From the NCBI RefSeq assembly GCF_012571795.1, contig NZ_CP046222.1:150819-182818 (forward strand): DNA of 32,000 bases. The letters are read 5' to 3'. A program made the position numbers and the translations under genes. A model generated the notes under the pieces. The model had not been told where the DNA came from, did not search any database, and worked only from the letters and a program-made list of their open reading frames with translations. The number at the start of each line of letters is the position of its first letter. The stretch's first letter is position 1. Positions 9,874-19,513 of the stretch are shown here, one piece after another. The DNA is from Candidatus Saccharimonadota bacterium (lineage in GTDB: Bacteria; Pseudomonadota; Gammaproteobacteria; Enterobacterales; Enterobacteriaceae).

Positions 9874-10893
9874 ATGAATACATTATATAAAAAAAATATT
9901 TTAAAATTAACTGATCTTTCTCAAAAAGAGATTTATTATATTCTTCATTTATCTAAAAAATTAAAACAAGAAAAAAAAAACAATATAGAGATAAAAAGAT
10001 TGTTAGGTAAAAATATTATTTTAATATTTGCAAAAAATTCCACTAGAACTAGGTGTTCTTTTGAAGTTGCTTGTTTTGATCAAGGAGCAAATGTTACTTG
10101 TTTAAATAAAACTGATAGTCATATAGGATATAAAGAAACTATACAAGATACTGCAAAAATTTTAAGTAATTTATATGATGGCATACAATATAGAGGCATA
10201 CAAAAAGATATAGAAATTTTAGCAAAATCTTCAAAGATTCCTGTATGGAATGGATTAACTGAACAATTTCATCCCACACAAATACTAGCTGATTTATTAA
10301 CTATACAAGAAAATATATCTGATAATCATAATATAGATCAAATTACTATATCTTATATAGGAGATATATATAATAATATTGCCATGAGTTTAGTTGAAGC
10401 AGCAAGTATTATAGGATTTAAATTATATTTAATTACTGCTAAACCATTATTTATATCAGATGATACATTACTATTTAACCAATTAATAAAAAAACATAAT
10501 AATATTATATTAACGGATAATATGATATTAGGTGTAACAAATACAGATTTTATATATACAGATGTATGGTTATCTATGGGTGAATCTTCTACATTATGGG
10601 AATATAAAATTAAATATTTATATAAGTACCAAGTTAACAATAATTTACTATTAAATAGTAAAAATAATAATATAAAAGTTATGCATTGTTTACCATCATT
10701 TCATGATTATAATCATTATAAATCTATTATAAAAAATAATATTATATCTAAATTCAATTTATTTTATGGTTTAGAAATTACTAATGATGTTTTCTTATCT
10801 AAATATAGTATTATATTTCAACAAGCTGCTAATAGAATACATGTTATAAAAGCACTCATGATATTAACATTAATAAAAAATAATATTTTATAA
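9874..10893 (+). CDS. argI: Ornithine carbamoyltransferase
   Basis: Carbamoyl-phosphate motif STRTRCSFE, HPTQ, the ornithine-binding motif DVWLSMGE and HCLP are all present. The position between valS and ridA matches E. coli argI. Confidence 0.93.
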   Translation: MNTLYKKNILKLTDLSQKEIYYILHLSKKLKQEKKNNIEIKRLLGKNIILIFAKNSTRTRCSFEVACFDQGANVTCLNKTDSHIGYKETIQDTAKILSNLYDGIQYRGIQKDIEILAKSSKIPVWNGLTEQFHPTQILADLLTIQENISDNHNIDQITISYIGDIYNNIAMSLVEAASIIGFKLYLITAKPLFISDDTLLFNQLIKKHNNIILTDNMILGVTNTDFIYTDVWLSMGESSTLWEYKIKYLYKYQVNNNLLLNSKNNNIKVMHCLPSFHDYNHYKSIIKNNIISKFNLFYGLEITNDVFLSKYSIIFQQAANRIHVIKALMILTLIKNNIL

Positions 10894-10981
10894 ATTATAT
10901 ATTATATAAATATATAACAATTTTTTATTAAAAAATAATAAATTACATTTCAAACTAAAATTAATATGGGTACATTAAGTA

Positions 10982-11365
10982 ATGTATAAGATTATTCGTA
11001 CTAACCAAGCACCTTGTCCTATAGGTCCTTATACACAAGGTATTATATTTAATAATATAATAATAACTTCTGGACAAATACCTATTAATCCTGTTAATGG
11101 ATTAATGCCTATAAGTTTTAAACAACAAACAATACAAGTTTTATATAATATCAGAGCTATTATTAATAAAGCAGGTTTTGATATTATAAATATAATTAAG
11201 GTAAATATTTATTTGATAAATTTAAATAATTTAGAACAAATGAATATATTATATTCAAATTTTTTTTCACAATATTGTACTACATATCCTACAAGAACTT
11301 GTGTAGAAGTTTCTAAATTACCAAAAAATGCGTCTATAGAAATGGATGTTATTGCTATAAAATAA
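10982..11365 (+). CDS. ridA: RidA/YjgF family enamine/imine deaminase
   Basis: 127 aa. N-terminal APCPIGPYTQG and C-terminal RTCVEVSKLPKNASIEMDVIA are typical of RidA (E. coli 128 aa). Confidence 0.9.
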   Translation: MYKIIRTNQAPCPIGPYTQGIIFNNIIITSGQIPINPVNGLMPISFKQQTIQVLYNIRAIINKAGFDIINIIKVNIYLINLNNLEQMNILYSNFFSQYCTTYPTRTCVEVSKLPKNASIEMDVIAIK

Positions 11366-11415
11366 TGAATAATATTAATTAATATTTTGTAATAAAATGA
11401 AGGTGATTAAAAACA

Positions 11416-12465
11416 ATGATTATGTTTATTAGATTATTATGCATAATAATTATATTATTTATACAATATCAATACATAAATATAGTAGAAAAAAAAAATA
11501 ATACGGTTTTTTTTTATAATTGGACAGAATATGTACCAAATGGTATTTTAGAAGAATTTACAAAAGAAACTGGTATAAAAGTAATATATTCAACTTATGA
11601 ATCTAATGAAAGTATGTATGCTAAATTAAAAACTTATGATCAAAAATATGATTTAGTAGTACCATCTACATATTTTGTCACTAAAATGAAAAATGAAGGC
11701 ATGTTACAAAAAATAGATAAAAAACAAATAACAAATTTTAAACATTTAGATCATAAATTTTTAAATAAATCATTTGATTATAAAAATGAATACTCTATAC
11801 CTTATATATGGGGTGCTACTGGTATTGGTATTAATACAAATTTTATAAAAGATAAAGATATTAATAGTTGGAAAGATTTATGGAATACAAAATATGTTAA
11901 ATCTATATCATTAATAGATGATGCAAAAGAAGTATTTCAAATGGCTTTATTAAAATTAGGATATAAATCATGTCCCATGAATATAAATAATATTCAAATG
12001 GCTTTCCAGGAATTAAAAAAATTAATGCCCAATATTGTATTATTTAATTCAGATAATCCTGGTTATCCCTTTATTGAAGGAGCAGTAAATATAGGAATGA
12101 TTTGGAATGGTTCAGCATATGCTATACAAAAATTAGGCTTTCCATTAAAATTTATATGGCCAAAAGAAGGAGGTATATTTTGGATGGATAGTTTTGTTAT
12201 ACCACATAATGCAAATAATGTAAAAGGTGCTTTACAATTAATTAATTTTTTATTACGTCCTGAAATTGCAGCTAAAATTACAACAATTACAGGGTATTCT
12301 ACACCTAATATAGATGCGCAAAAATTATTACCATTAGAAATTATTAATAATAATATATTATATCCTAATAATAATATTATTAAACAAGGTATATGGCAAA
12401 ACGAAACTAGTGATAGTATAACTAAAGAATATGAAATAAATTTTCAAAAATTAAAAAATTTATAA
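11416..12465 (+). CDS. potD: Spermidine/putrescine ABC-transporter periplasmic binding protein PotD
   Basis: Near full-length collinear similarity to E. coli PotD (FYNWTEYVP..FTKETGIKVIYSTYESNE.MYAKLKTY, YSIPYIWGATGIG, NSDNPG, WPKEGGIFWMDS, INFLLRPE.A). N-terminal hydrophobic signal-like segment. AAGGTGA Shine-Dalgarno. Confidence 0.92.
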   Translation: MIMFIRLLCIIIILFIQYQYINIVEKKNNTVFFYNWTEYVPNGILEEFTKETGIKVIYSTYESNESMYAKLKTYDQKYDLVVPSTYFVTKMKNEGMLQKIDKKQITNFKHLDHKFLNKSFDYKNEYSIPYIWGATGIGINTNFIKDKDINSWKDLWNTKYVKSISLIDDAKEVFQMALLKLGYKSCPMNINNIQMAFQELKKLMPNIVLFNSDNPGYPFIEGAVNIGMIWNGSAYAIQKLGFPLKFIWPKEGGIFWMDSFVIPHNANNVKGALQLINFLLRPEIAAKITTITGYSTPNIDAQKLLPLEIINNNILYPNNNIIKQGIWQNETSDSITKEYEINFQKLKNL

Positions 12466-12472
12466 AAATAAT

Positions 12473-13426
12473 TTATTTTTTTATATTTAAGAAAATATTT
12501 TTACAATTTATACTACAACAATTTGAATATTTTTTTTGACATGTAGGACATTGTAAAAATAATAAATGACACAAATCATTTTTACAATTAGTATAAAAAT
12601 TATAAGGATTTTTACATTGATAACAATATGATATAATATGTTCTGTTATTTGTTCTCCCATTCGATAATCAAAAACAAAATTAGTACCTTTAAATTTTAA
12701 AGGTAATTTATATTTATATACATCTTTGATGTATTTTATAATGCCACCTTTAATATGAAAAACATTTTTAATGTTATTAAATAATAACCATGATGTAGCT
12801 TTTTCACAACGTATACCACCTGTACAATATAAAATAATATTTTTATTTTTATATGGTTTTATATTATCTAATAACATTAACATTTGTTGTCTAAAATTGA
12901 GTGTATTATTGAATATAATTGCATTATCAAAATGACCCACAATATACTCATAATAATTTCTCATATCAATTAATACTGTATTATTATTTTCGATCATTAA
13001 ATTTGTTTGTTGAGCATTTAAATATATTCCTGTTTTATTAAATTTTAAAAAATTAAAATTTAATAATCCATCATTTAATATCTTGTTTTTATATTGAACT
13101 TTTAATAAAAAAAATGCATGTTGGTTATTTTGAATAGCAATATTCCAATATAAATCTTGAAATTTATCATAAATTTTACCTAATAATAATTTTACTATTC
13201 TATAAAAATAATAAGGTATACTAATTTGAGCGTTTATACCTTCTGTAGCAATATAAATACGTCCTAATACATCAAAAGAATAAAATAATATATATATATT
13301 ATTTCTTATAATATCAGGATTATTGATATGACAGTATTTATAAAAAGATACTATAATTCTTTTATTATTTTGCGAAATATATATTTTTTTTAATTTTTTA
13401 TGAGATATTCTATTATATAATAACAT
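12473..13426 (-). CDS. trhO: Rhodanese-domain tRNA uridine(34) hydroxylase TrhO (YceA/UPF0176)
   Basis: Active-site loop YCTGGIRCEKA, followed by the Cys-rich C-terminus (YCYQCKNPYNFYTNCKNDLCHLLFLQCPTCQKKY) that matches E. coli YceA. Confidence 0.9.
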   Translation of the reverse strand: MLLYNRISHKKLKKIYISQNNKRIIVSFYKYCHINNPDIIRNNIYILFYSFDVLGRIYIATEGINAQISIPYYFYRIVKLLLGKIYDKFQDLYWNIAIQNNQHAFFLLKVQYKNKILNDGLLNFNFLKFNKTGIYLNAQQTNLMIENNNTVLIDMRNYYEYIVGHFDNAIIFNNTLNFRQQMLMLLDNIKPYKNKNIILYCTGGIRCEKATSWLLFNNIKNVFHIKGGIIKYIKDVYKYKLPLKFKGTNFVFDYRMGEQITEHIISYCYQCKNPYNFYTNCKNDLCHLLFLQCPTCQKKYSNCCSINCKNIFLNIKK

Positions 13427-13513
13427 ATATATGCCTATGTATAAATTGATTATTTTAATAAATTAACTATTATGTAAAATGTAACATATATTTAATTTAA
13501 AAAATATATTATA

Positions 13514-13543
13514 TTGACAATATAATATTAACTATATTATAAT
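13514..13543 (+). promoter_or_regulatory. Candidate sigma-70 promoter for tRNA-Asn
   Basis: Perfect TTGACA (13514-19), an 18-bp spacer, then perfect TATAAT (13538-43), ending 15 nt before the mature tRNA 5' end. TATAAT alone is common in this AT-rich DNA. The perfect -35 at the correct spacing is what supports the call. Confidence 0.45.
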
Positions 13544-13558
13544 TATTCTTATTAAAAA

Positions 13559-13631
13559 TCCTCTGTAGTTCAGTTGGTAGAACGGCGGACTGTTAATCCG
13601 TATGTCACTGGTTCGAGCCCAGTCAGGGGAG
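13559..13631 (+). tRNA. tRNA-Asn (anticodon GTT)
   Basis: TCCTCTGTAGTTCAGTTGGTAGAACGGCGGACTGTTAATCCGTATGTCACTGGTTCGAGCCCAGTCAGGGGAG is nearly identical to E. coli tRNA-Asn. Cloverleaf with anticodon loop CT-GTT-AA and T-loop GGTTCGAGCC. The 3' CCA is not encoded. Confidence 0.97.
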
Positions 13632-13745
13632 CATAACCTTTCTATTAATACTATAGATTTATATAATATATTTTATATAATAAACATTGTAAAAAATATA
13701 TTTTAATAAATTAATATTCACCAATATATAATACAAATAAAATAT

Positions 13746-14660
13746 ATGACACAAATATTATCTCATGTCTTACATAAAGATATATTAAATGAATTATCTA
13801 CAATCCAAGATATGACAAGATGGGCAACAACATGTTTTAATATATCTGATATATGGTATGGTCATGGCAATCTTAATCCATGGGATGAAGCTATACAATT
13901 AATATTACCTATTTTAGGATTACCACCATATTTATGGAATAAAATATACCAATCCAAATTAATTTATAATGAACGCAAACTAATTTATAATAAAGTATAT
14001 AAACGTATTACAAAACATATTCCTGTATCTTATTTAACAAATAAAGCATGGTTTTGTGGACATGAATTATATATTGATAATAGGACGTTAATACCAAGAT
14101 CACCAATTGCAGAGTTAATTAATAATAATTTTAATAATATTATATTTAATAAACCAAAATATATATTAGACTTATGTACAGGAAGTGGTTGTATTGCTAT
14201 AGCATGTGCTTATTTATTCCCAGATGCGCATATAGATGCAGTAGATATATCTATTAATGCTATTAATGTAGCTGAACATAATATTTATCTACATGGATTA
14301 GAACATCATATTACACCTATTTATAGCAATTTATTTGATAATTTACATATAAAACATTATGATTTAATTATTTCTAATCCACCATATATAGATAAAAAAG
14401 ATATTAAATATTTACCTAAAGAATATTTATATGAACCTGTTATAGGATTAGTTTCAAAAAATAAAGGTTTAGATATTATTTATAAAATTATTAATCAATC
14501 TTATAATTTTCTTAGTACAAATGGTATATTAATTTGTGAAGTAGGTAATAAAAAAACTAAAGTTATTAAAAAATATATGAATATTGATTTCGAATGGTTA
14601 GATATTACAGATAATAATGTTAATATATTTAAATTAAACCGTAATCAGTTAAAAATATGA
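13746..14660 (+). CDS. prmB: Ribosomal protein uL3 glutamine N5-methyltransferase PrmB (YfcB)
   Basis: Collinear with E. coli PrmB (LSTIQDM.RW, IWYGHG..NPWDEA.QL.LP, YLTNKAWFCGHE, DLCTGSGCIAIACAY, NPPY). Upstream of aroC, as in E. coli. Confidence 0.92.
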   Translation: MTQILSHVLHKDILNELSTIQDMTRWATTCFNISDIWYGHGNLNPWDEAIQLILPILGLPPYLWNKIYQSKLIYNERKLIYNKVYKRITKHIPVSYLTNKAWFCGHELYIDNRTLIPRSPIAELINNNFNNIIFNKPKYILDLCTGSGCIAIACAYLFPDAHIDAVDISINAINVAEHNIYLHGLEHHITPIYSNLFDNLHIKHYDLIISNPPYIDKKDIKYLPKEYLYEPVIGLVSKNKGLDIIYKIINQSYNFLSTNGILICEVGNKKTKVIKKYMNIDFEWLDITDNNVNIFKLNRNQLKI

Positions 14661-14701
14661 TGTTTTATTATTTAGAATTTAAAAGAAAGGTATAAAGAAT
14701 T

Positions 14702-15778
14702 ATGTCTGGTAATACAATTGGTAAATTATTTAAAGTTACAACTTTTGGAGAATCACATGGTGAATGTTTAGGTTGTATAGTTGATGGTGTTCCCCCACAT
14801 CTACCATTACAAACTAATGATTTACAAATAGATTTAGATAGAAGAAAACCAGGATTATCTAAATATACTTCACCACGTAAAGAAACAGATCAAGTTAAAA
14901 TTTTATCAGGTATATTTAATGGGTTAACTACAGGTACTAGTATTGGATTACTTATTAAAAATATTGATCATAGAACTCATGATTATAATAATATTAAAAA
15001 TCTTTTTAGACCAGGTCATGCAGATTTTACATATGAAAAAAAATATCATATTAGAGATTATAGAGGAGGTGGTCGTGCTTCTGCTAGAGAAACTACTATG
15101 AGAGTTGCTGCTGGAGCAATTGCAAAAAAATATTTATTTATTAAACATAATATTAAAATTAGAGGATATTTATCACAAATGGGTAATATAATATGTCAAT
15201 TTGATAATTGGAATATTGTAAATAATAATCCATTTTTTTGTCCTAATAATCATGATATTTTAAGTTTAAAAAATATGATAAAAAAATTAAAACAAGAAGG
15301 CAATTCTATAGGTGCTAAAATTTCTATTATTATAGAAAATGTTCCTATTGGTTTAGGAGAACCAGTATTTGATAAATTAGATGCTGAATTAGCTCATGCA
15401 ATAATGAGTATTAATGCTGTTAAAGGAATTGAAATTGGTGATGGTTTTAATGTAATTAATCAATTAGGTAGTGAACATAGAGATGAAATAAATCAAAATG
15501 GATTTATAAGTAATCATGCTGGAGGAATTTTAGGGGGTATTAGTAATGGGCAAAATATAATTATTAATTTTGCTGTTAAACCAACTTCTAGTATTACTAT
15601 GCCAGGTCAAACAATAGATCTAAAAGGGGAAAAAGTTACTTGTGTTACACAAGGACGACATGATCCTTGTGTAGGAATTAGAGCTATACCTATAGGTGAA
15701 GCTATGGTTGCTATTGTACTAATGGATCATTTATTAAGGTATCGTGCACAATGTGCTGATATTATATATAATAAATAA
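14702..15778 (+). CDS. aroC: Chorismate synthase
   Basis: [42 protein letters not shown] and [18 protein letters not shown]. 358 aa versus 361 in E. coli. Confidence 0.96.
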   Translation: MSGNTIGKLFKVTTFGESHGECLGCIVDGVPPHLPLQTNDLQIDLDRRKPGLSKYTSPRKETDQVKILSGIFNGLTTGTSIGLLIKNIDHRTHDYNNIKNLFRPGHADFTYEKKYHIRDYRGGGRASARETTMRVAAGAIAKKYLFIKHNIKIRGYLSQMGNIICQFDNWNIVNNNPFFCPNNHDILSLKNMIKKLKQEGNSIGAKISIIIENVPIGLGEPVFDKLDAELAHAIMSINAVKGIEIGDGFNVINQLGSEHRDEINQNGFISNHAGGILGGISNGQNIIINFAVKPTSSITMPGQTIDLKGEKVTCVTQGRHDPCVGIRAIPIGEAMVAIVLMDHLLRYRAQCADIIYNK

Positions 15779-16384
15779 TTATTTTAGATCATTTAAATTT
15801 GATGATAAATAATTTTTAATACCTTGTTGTGTAGGAATGATGCCTTTTTTACCTTTTTGCCATTGTGCTGGACAAACTTCACCATGTTGATTATGGTATA
15901 TGATAGCATCTATTATGCGGATTATTTCATTAATATTTCTACCAAAAGGTAAATCATTAATTGTTTGATGTTTTATAATGCCGTCAGTATCTATTATAAA
16001 TGTTGCTCTTAATGCAACACTTAATGTTGGATGTTCAATATTATATTTTTTTTGTATATCTTTTTTAAGATCTGAAATCATAATAAATTTTACAGGACCT
16101 ATACCACCATCAGATATTTTAGTATTTCTCCAAGCATGGTGTGTATATTGTGAGTCACAAGATATACCTAATAAATTAACTTTACGTTTACTAAATTCTT
16201 GAAAATATTTATTAAATGCAATAATTTCTGAAGGACACACAAAAGTAAAATCTAATGGCCAAAAAAAAATTACTGTCATTTTGTTTTTAGAATATTGATA
16301 AAAATTAAAGTTTTCTTGAATAGTACCATCTGGTAATACTGCTGATGCAGTAAAATCTGGTGCTTGATGAGTTACTAAAGTCAT
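15779..16384 (-). CDS. ahpC: Typical 2-Cys peroxiredoxin (AhpC/Tsa family)
   Basis: Peroxidatic Cys motif DFTFVCPSE and resolving Cys motif GEVCPAQW. 201 aa, resembling the long AhpC/TsaA type seen in Buchnera. No ahpF adjacent. Confidence 0.9.
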   Translation of the reverse strand: MTLVTHQAPDFTASAVLPDGTIQENFNFYQYSKNKMTVIFFWPLDFTFVCPSEIIAFNKYFQEFSKRKVNLLGISCDSQYTHHAWRNTKISDGGIGPVKFIMISDLKKDIQKKYNIEHPTLSVALRATFIIDTDGIIKHQTINDLPFGRNINEIIRIIDAIIYHNQHGEVCPAQWQKGKKGIIPTQQGIKNYLSSNLNDLK

Positions 16385-16459
16385 AAATATTTTCCTTTAT
16401 TAAATTTTATTAATTTCTATTATACATTAGAATTTTTATAAAAATAATTATTACACAAA

Positions 16460-17479
16460 TTATTTATTTTTTATACTATAAATAGTATATTGATTATTTT
16501 TAGATAAAATATAAAAATTATATGATAAATGTTTGAAAATTTTTTTATATGGGATAATATTATGTGTTACAAATCTAAATTCACCATTATATACTAAATA
16601 TTTTTTAATATTATACAGAATTTTATATATAGTATGTAATGAATAACATAATTCATTATGAAATGGTGGATTTGATATAATTAAATTAAATTTTTCATTA
16701 ATATTAGAATAAATATGACTAGGAAATATTAATCCATGATGTATATTATTGGCAAATAATGTTTTTTTTGTAGAATATAATGCTTTTATATCTATATCTG
16801 TTGCATAAATTTTTATTTTTTTAGATTGTTTTGCTATAAAACTTGTTAATACACCCGAACCACATCCTAAATCTAATATTTTTCCTTTTATATCAGAAGA
16901 TTTAATAGTAGATATTAATAATTGACTTCCTTGATCTAATTTATTATCGCCAAAAACACCAGGTAAATTATAAATAATTTGTTCATTTAAATAATAAAAT
17001 TTCCAAAAACTATCAGGATGAAAATAATGTTTTTTTTTATACTGAGTATGATAAATACTATATTTGCGTGCACTAATAATCTTATTAAAAATAGTATTAA
17101 ATATTGATATATTATTAATACTACGTATACCACTATTGTTTGCACCTATAATAAAAATATCACTATTATTATATAATAGTGTAGAAATTTGTTGTAATAA
17201 ATAAATTGATTCATTTTTATTTTTAGTCCAAAAAAATATAAGTACATTGAAATAATTTATATTGGTTATATTAGCAAAATCAAAAAACACTTTATTTCCT
17301 AGTATTTTTTTTAACCATAAATAATAATCATATTTATGTGTACTAACAATAGTATCGAAAGTATTTAAATATATAGGCAAAGCATCTGTTATATTTCCTG
17401 CAAAAATAACCTTATAATTATTAAATTTATTACAAAAATTATGTAAAAAATATTGATTAATAGGTAATAGTTTATACAT
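16460..17479 (-). CDS. rsmC: 16S rRNA (guanine1207-N2)-methyltransferase RsmC
   Basis: Two-domain methyltransferase collinear with E. coli RsmC (LPGVF, LD.GSQLL.ST, DLGCGSGVL, ISNPPFH). Confidence 0.88.
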   Translation of the reverse strand: MYKLLPINQYFLHNFCNKFNNYKVIFAGNITDALPIYLNTFDTIVSTHKYDYYLWLKKILGNKVFFDFANITNINYFNVLIFFWTKNKNESIYLLQQISTLLYNNSDIFIIGANNSGIRSINNISIFNTIFNKIISARKYSIYHTQYKKKHYFHPDSFWKFYYLNEQIIYNLPGVFGDNKLDQGSQLLISTIKSSDIKGKILDLGCGSGVLTSFIAKQSKKIKIYATDIDIKALYSTKKTLFANNIHHGLIFPSHIYSNINEKFNLIISNPPFHNELCYSLHTIYKILYNIKKYLVYNGEFRFVTHNIIPYKKIFKHLSYNFYILSKNNQYTIYSIKNK

Positions 17480-17481
17480 TT

Positions 17482-18321
17482 TTATTGTTTATTACATTTT
17501 ATGCTATAAAATTTTTTTTCTTCTAAAGAAAATATAGTTAATTTATTACCCCAACAACATCCAGTATCTAAACCAATAATATTATAAGGAGTATATTTAC
17601 CTTCTAAAGCAGACCAGTGACCAAAAAAAATTTTATATTTTTTATATATAGGATTTTTGAATAAAAACCATGGTTTTAATGGTAGGATAACATTATCTGG
17701 TATATCTTTAGAAGACATTTCTAACTCTCCATTAGGATAACAATATCTCATTTTAGTAAATGCATTAATAATAAAATTATAACGTTCAAATCCTTGTAAT
17801 TTATTATTATTCCAATTAACAATTGGTTTTGTTTTACTATAAATATAAGAAAAAAATTTTTTATTAAAATAAGAATTAGTAATTATGTTTTTTACTTCAT
17901 GTGCAACAGATAATATTAATTTAATATTATCCCATTGTGGAGTAATACCTGCATGAGTCATTAAAATTTTTTTTTCTGGATCAAATTGTACTAATGGCTG
18001 ATATATTAACCAAGATTCAATTAAATATAAAATTGTTGTATGTTTTAATAACTTTAAGAGTTTTTTATCATAAGAATTATTACTACATCTTATACCTAAA
18101 GATAAAGCAATAAAATATAGATCATGATTACCTAATACTAATTTTATAGATTTTTTTAAATAGTATAAAAAATATAAAATTTTTATAGAATCAGGCCCTC
18201 TTGCTATAATATCTCCTGTAATCCATAAAATATCTTTTTTAGAATTAAAATTAATTTTTTTTAACAAAGTAAAGAATTCATTATAACAACCATGAATATC
18301 TCCAATTAAATAAGTAGTCAT
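17482..18321 (-). CDS. apaH: Symmetrical bis(5'-nucleosyl)-tetraphosphatase ApaH
   Basis: Metallophosphatase motifs YLIGDIHGC, GDIIARGP, GNHD and THAG. 279 aa versus 280 in E. coli. Last gene of the conserved ksgA-apaG-apaH block. Confidence 0.93.
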   Translation of the reverse strand: MTTYLIGDIHGCYNEFFTLLKKINFNSKKDILWITGDIIARGPDSIKILYFLYYLKKSIKLVLGNHDLYFIALSLGIRCSNNSYDKKLLKLLKHTTILYLIESWLIYQPLVQFDPEKKILMTHAGITPQWDNIKLILSVAHEVKNIITNSYFNKKFFSYIYSKTKPIVNWNNNKLQGFERYNFIINAFTKMRYCYPNGELEMSSKDIPDNVILPLKPWFLFKNPIYKKYKIFFGHWSALEGKYTPYNIIGLDTGCCWGNKLTIFSLEEKKFYSIKCNKQ

Positions 18322-18332
18322 ATTATTTATAA

Positions 18333-18710
18333 TTAATGTATATAAGTTTTAATAGCTAAACGAAATACAGGGATATCAATATGATATATATCATTTTTTT
18401 CATCTATCATGATATAATGTCCTTGCATTGTACCTATAGGTGTTTCTAAAACAGTACCACTAGTATAGTGGAAATCATTACCTGGATTTATATAAGCGTG
18501 TTTTGTAATAATATTTGAACCATGCACTTGTGTTTTTTTGCCATGACCATTAGTTATTAATAAATAATGGCTAATGAGTTTTAATATTTTTTTACTGATA
18601 TTGTGTATATTGATAGTATATGCAAAAACATAACGATTAATTTCTGGAGTTGATTGTGATTTTATATATACACTATGTACTTTTATATAAACTTGAGATA
18701 ATATTTTCAT
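18333..18710 (-). CDS. apaG: ApaG (DUF525) protein
   Basis: 125 aa, the same length as E. coli ApaG, with collinear similarity (RYVFAYT..I.N, YTSG...ETP.GTMQGHY.MIDE, IDIPVFRLA). Confidence 0.92.
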   Translation of the reverse strand: MKILSQVYIKVHSVYIKSQSTPEINRYVFAYTINIHNISKKILKLISHYLLITNGHGKKTQVHGSNIITKHAYINPGNDFHYTSGTVLETPIGTMQGHYIMIDEKNDIYHIDIPVFRLAIKTYIH

Positions 18711-18715
18711 TCAGT

Positions 18716-19513
18716 TTATATCCTTTTATAATTTGATTCTAATAATTTAGCTAATTGACAATATTCCATAATGGAAACATTTTCAGCGCGAATTTTATAA
18801 TCAATACCTAATGTATTTAAATCGTCTACTGTAAATAAATTTTTTAAACTATTTCTTAATGTTTTTCTACGCATACTAAATGCTGTTTGAATTATTATTT
18901 TAAATATTGTAATATTATTAATATGATAAGGATTATAAATATATGGTCTTAAACATACCATTTGTGAAAAAACTTTTGGTATAGGATAAAATTCACATGG
19001 TTTTATCTCAATTAATGGTTTTATTTTACAATAAATTTGTGACATAATACTTAAACATCCATAATATTTATTTCCAGGATGAGCAATTAAACGTTGTATA
19101 ATTTCTTTTTGCATGATGAAATGCATATCTTTTATATTATTAAAATTAAATAATAAAAATAATAATTGAGTAGCAATATTATATGGTAAACTACCAAATA
19201 TACGTATTTTTTTATGATATTTTTTTGTAAAGATAGAATAATCAATATTTAACGCATTATCTAAAATAATTTTTGTATTAGATTTATTTAAAATTTTATT
19301 ATTTAATAAAATTTTATAAAAATCTTTATCAATTTCGATAATAGTCATATTATTATTATAATAAATCATAGGCATTGTTAATGCACCAGAACCAGGACCA
19401 ATTTCTACCATAATATTATTATATTTTGGATTAATAAATGTAATAATTTTATTAATTATAATAGAATTTATTAATATATGTTGACCATATTTTTTTTTAA
19501 AATTAAATTTCAT
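18716..19513 (-). CDS. rsmA: 16S rRNA (A1518/A1519-N6)-dimethyltransferase RsmA/KsgA
   Basis: KKKYGQHIL, SAM motif VEIGPGSGALT, GSLPYNI and a C-terminal domain. Position is upstream of apaG-apaH. Confidence 0.93.
   Translation of the reverse strand: MKFNFKKKYGQHILINSIIINKIITFINPKYNNIMVEIGPGSGALTMPMIYYNNNMTIIEIDKDFYKILLNNKILNKSNTKIILDNALNIDYSIFTKKYHKKIRIFGSLPYNIATQLLFLLFNFNNIKDMHFIMQKEIIQRLIAHPGNKYYGCLSIMSQIYCKIKPLIEIKPCEFYPIPKVFSQMVCLRPYIYNPYHINNITIFKIIIQTAFSMRRKTLRNSLKNLFTVDDLNTLGIDYKIRAENVSIMEYCQLAKLLESNYKRI

Noticed and set aside
10353-10640. 95-aa ORF on the - strand inside argI
   Set aside because: It is antisense to the conserved OTC coding region. Shadow ORF.
15978-16202. 74-aa ORF on the + strand inside ahpC
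   Set aside because: It is antisense to ahpC. Shadow ORF.
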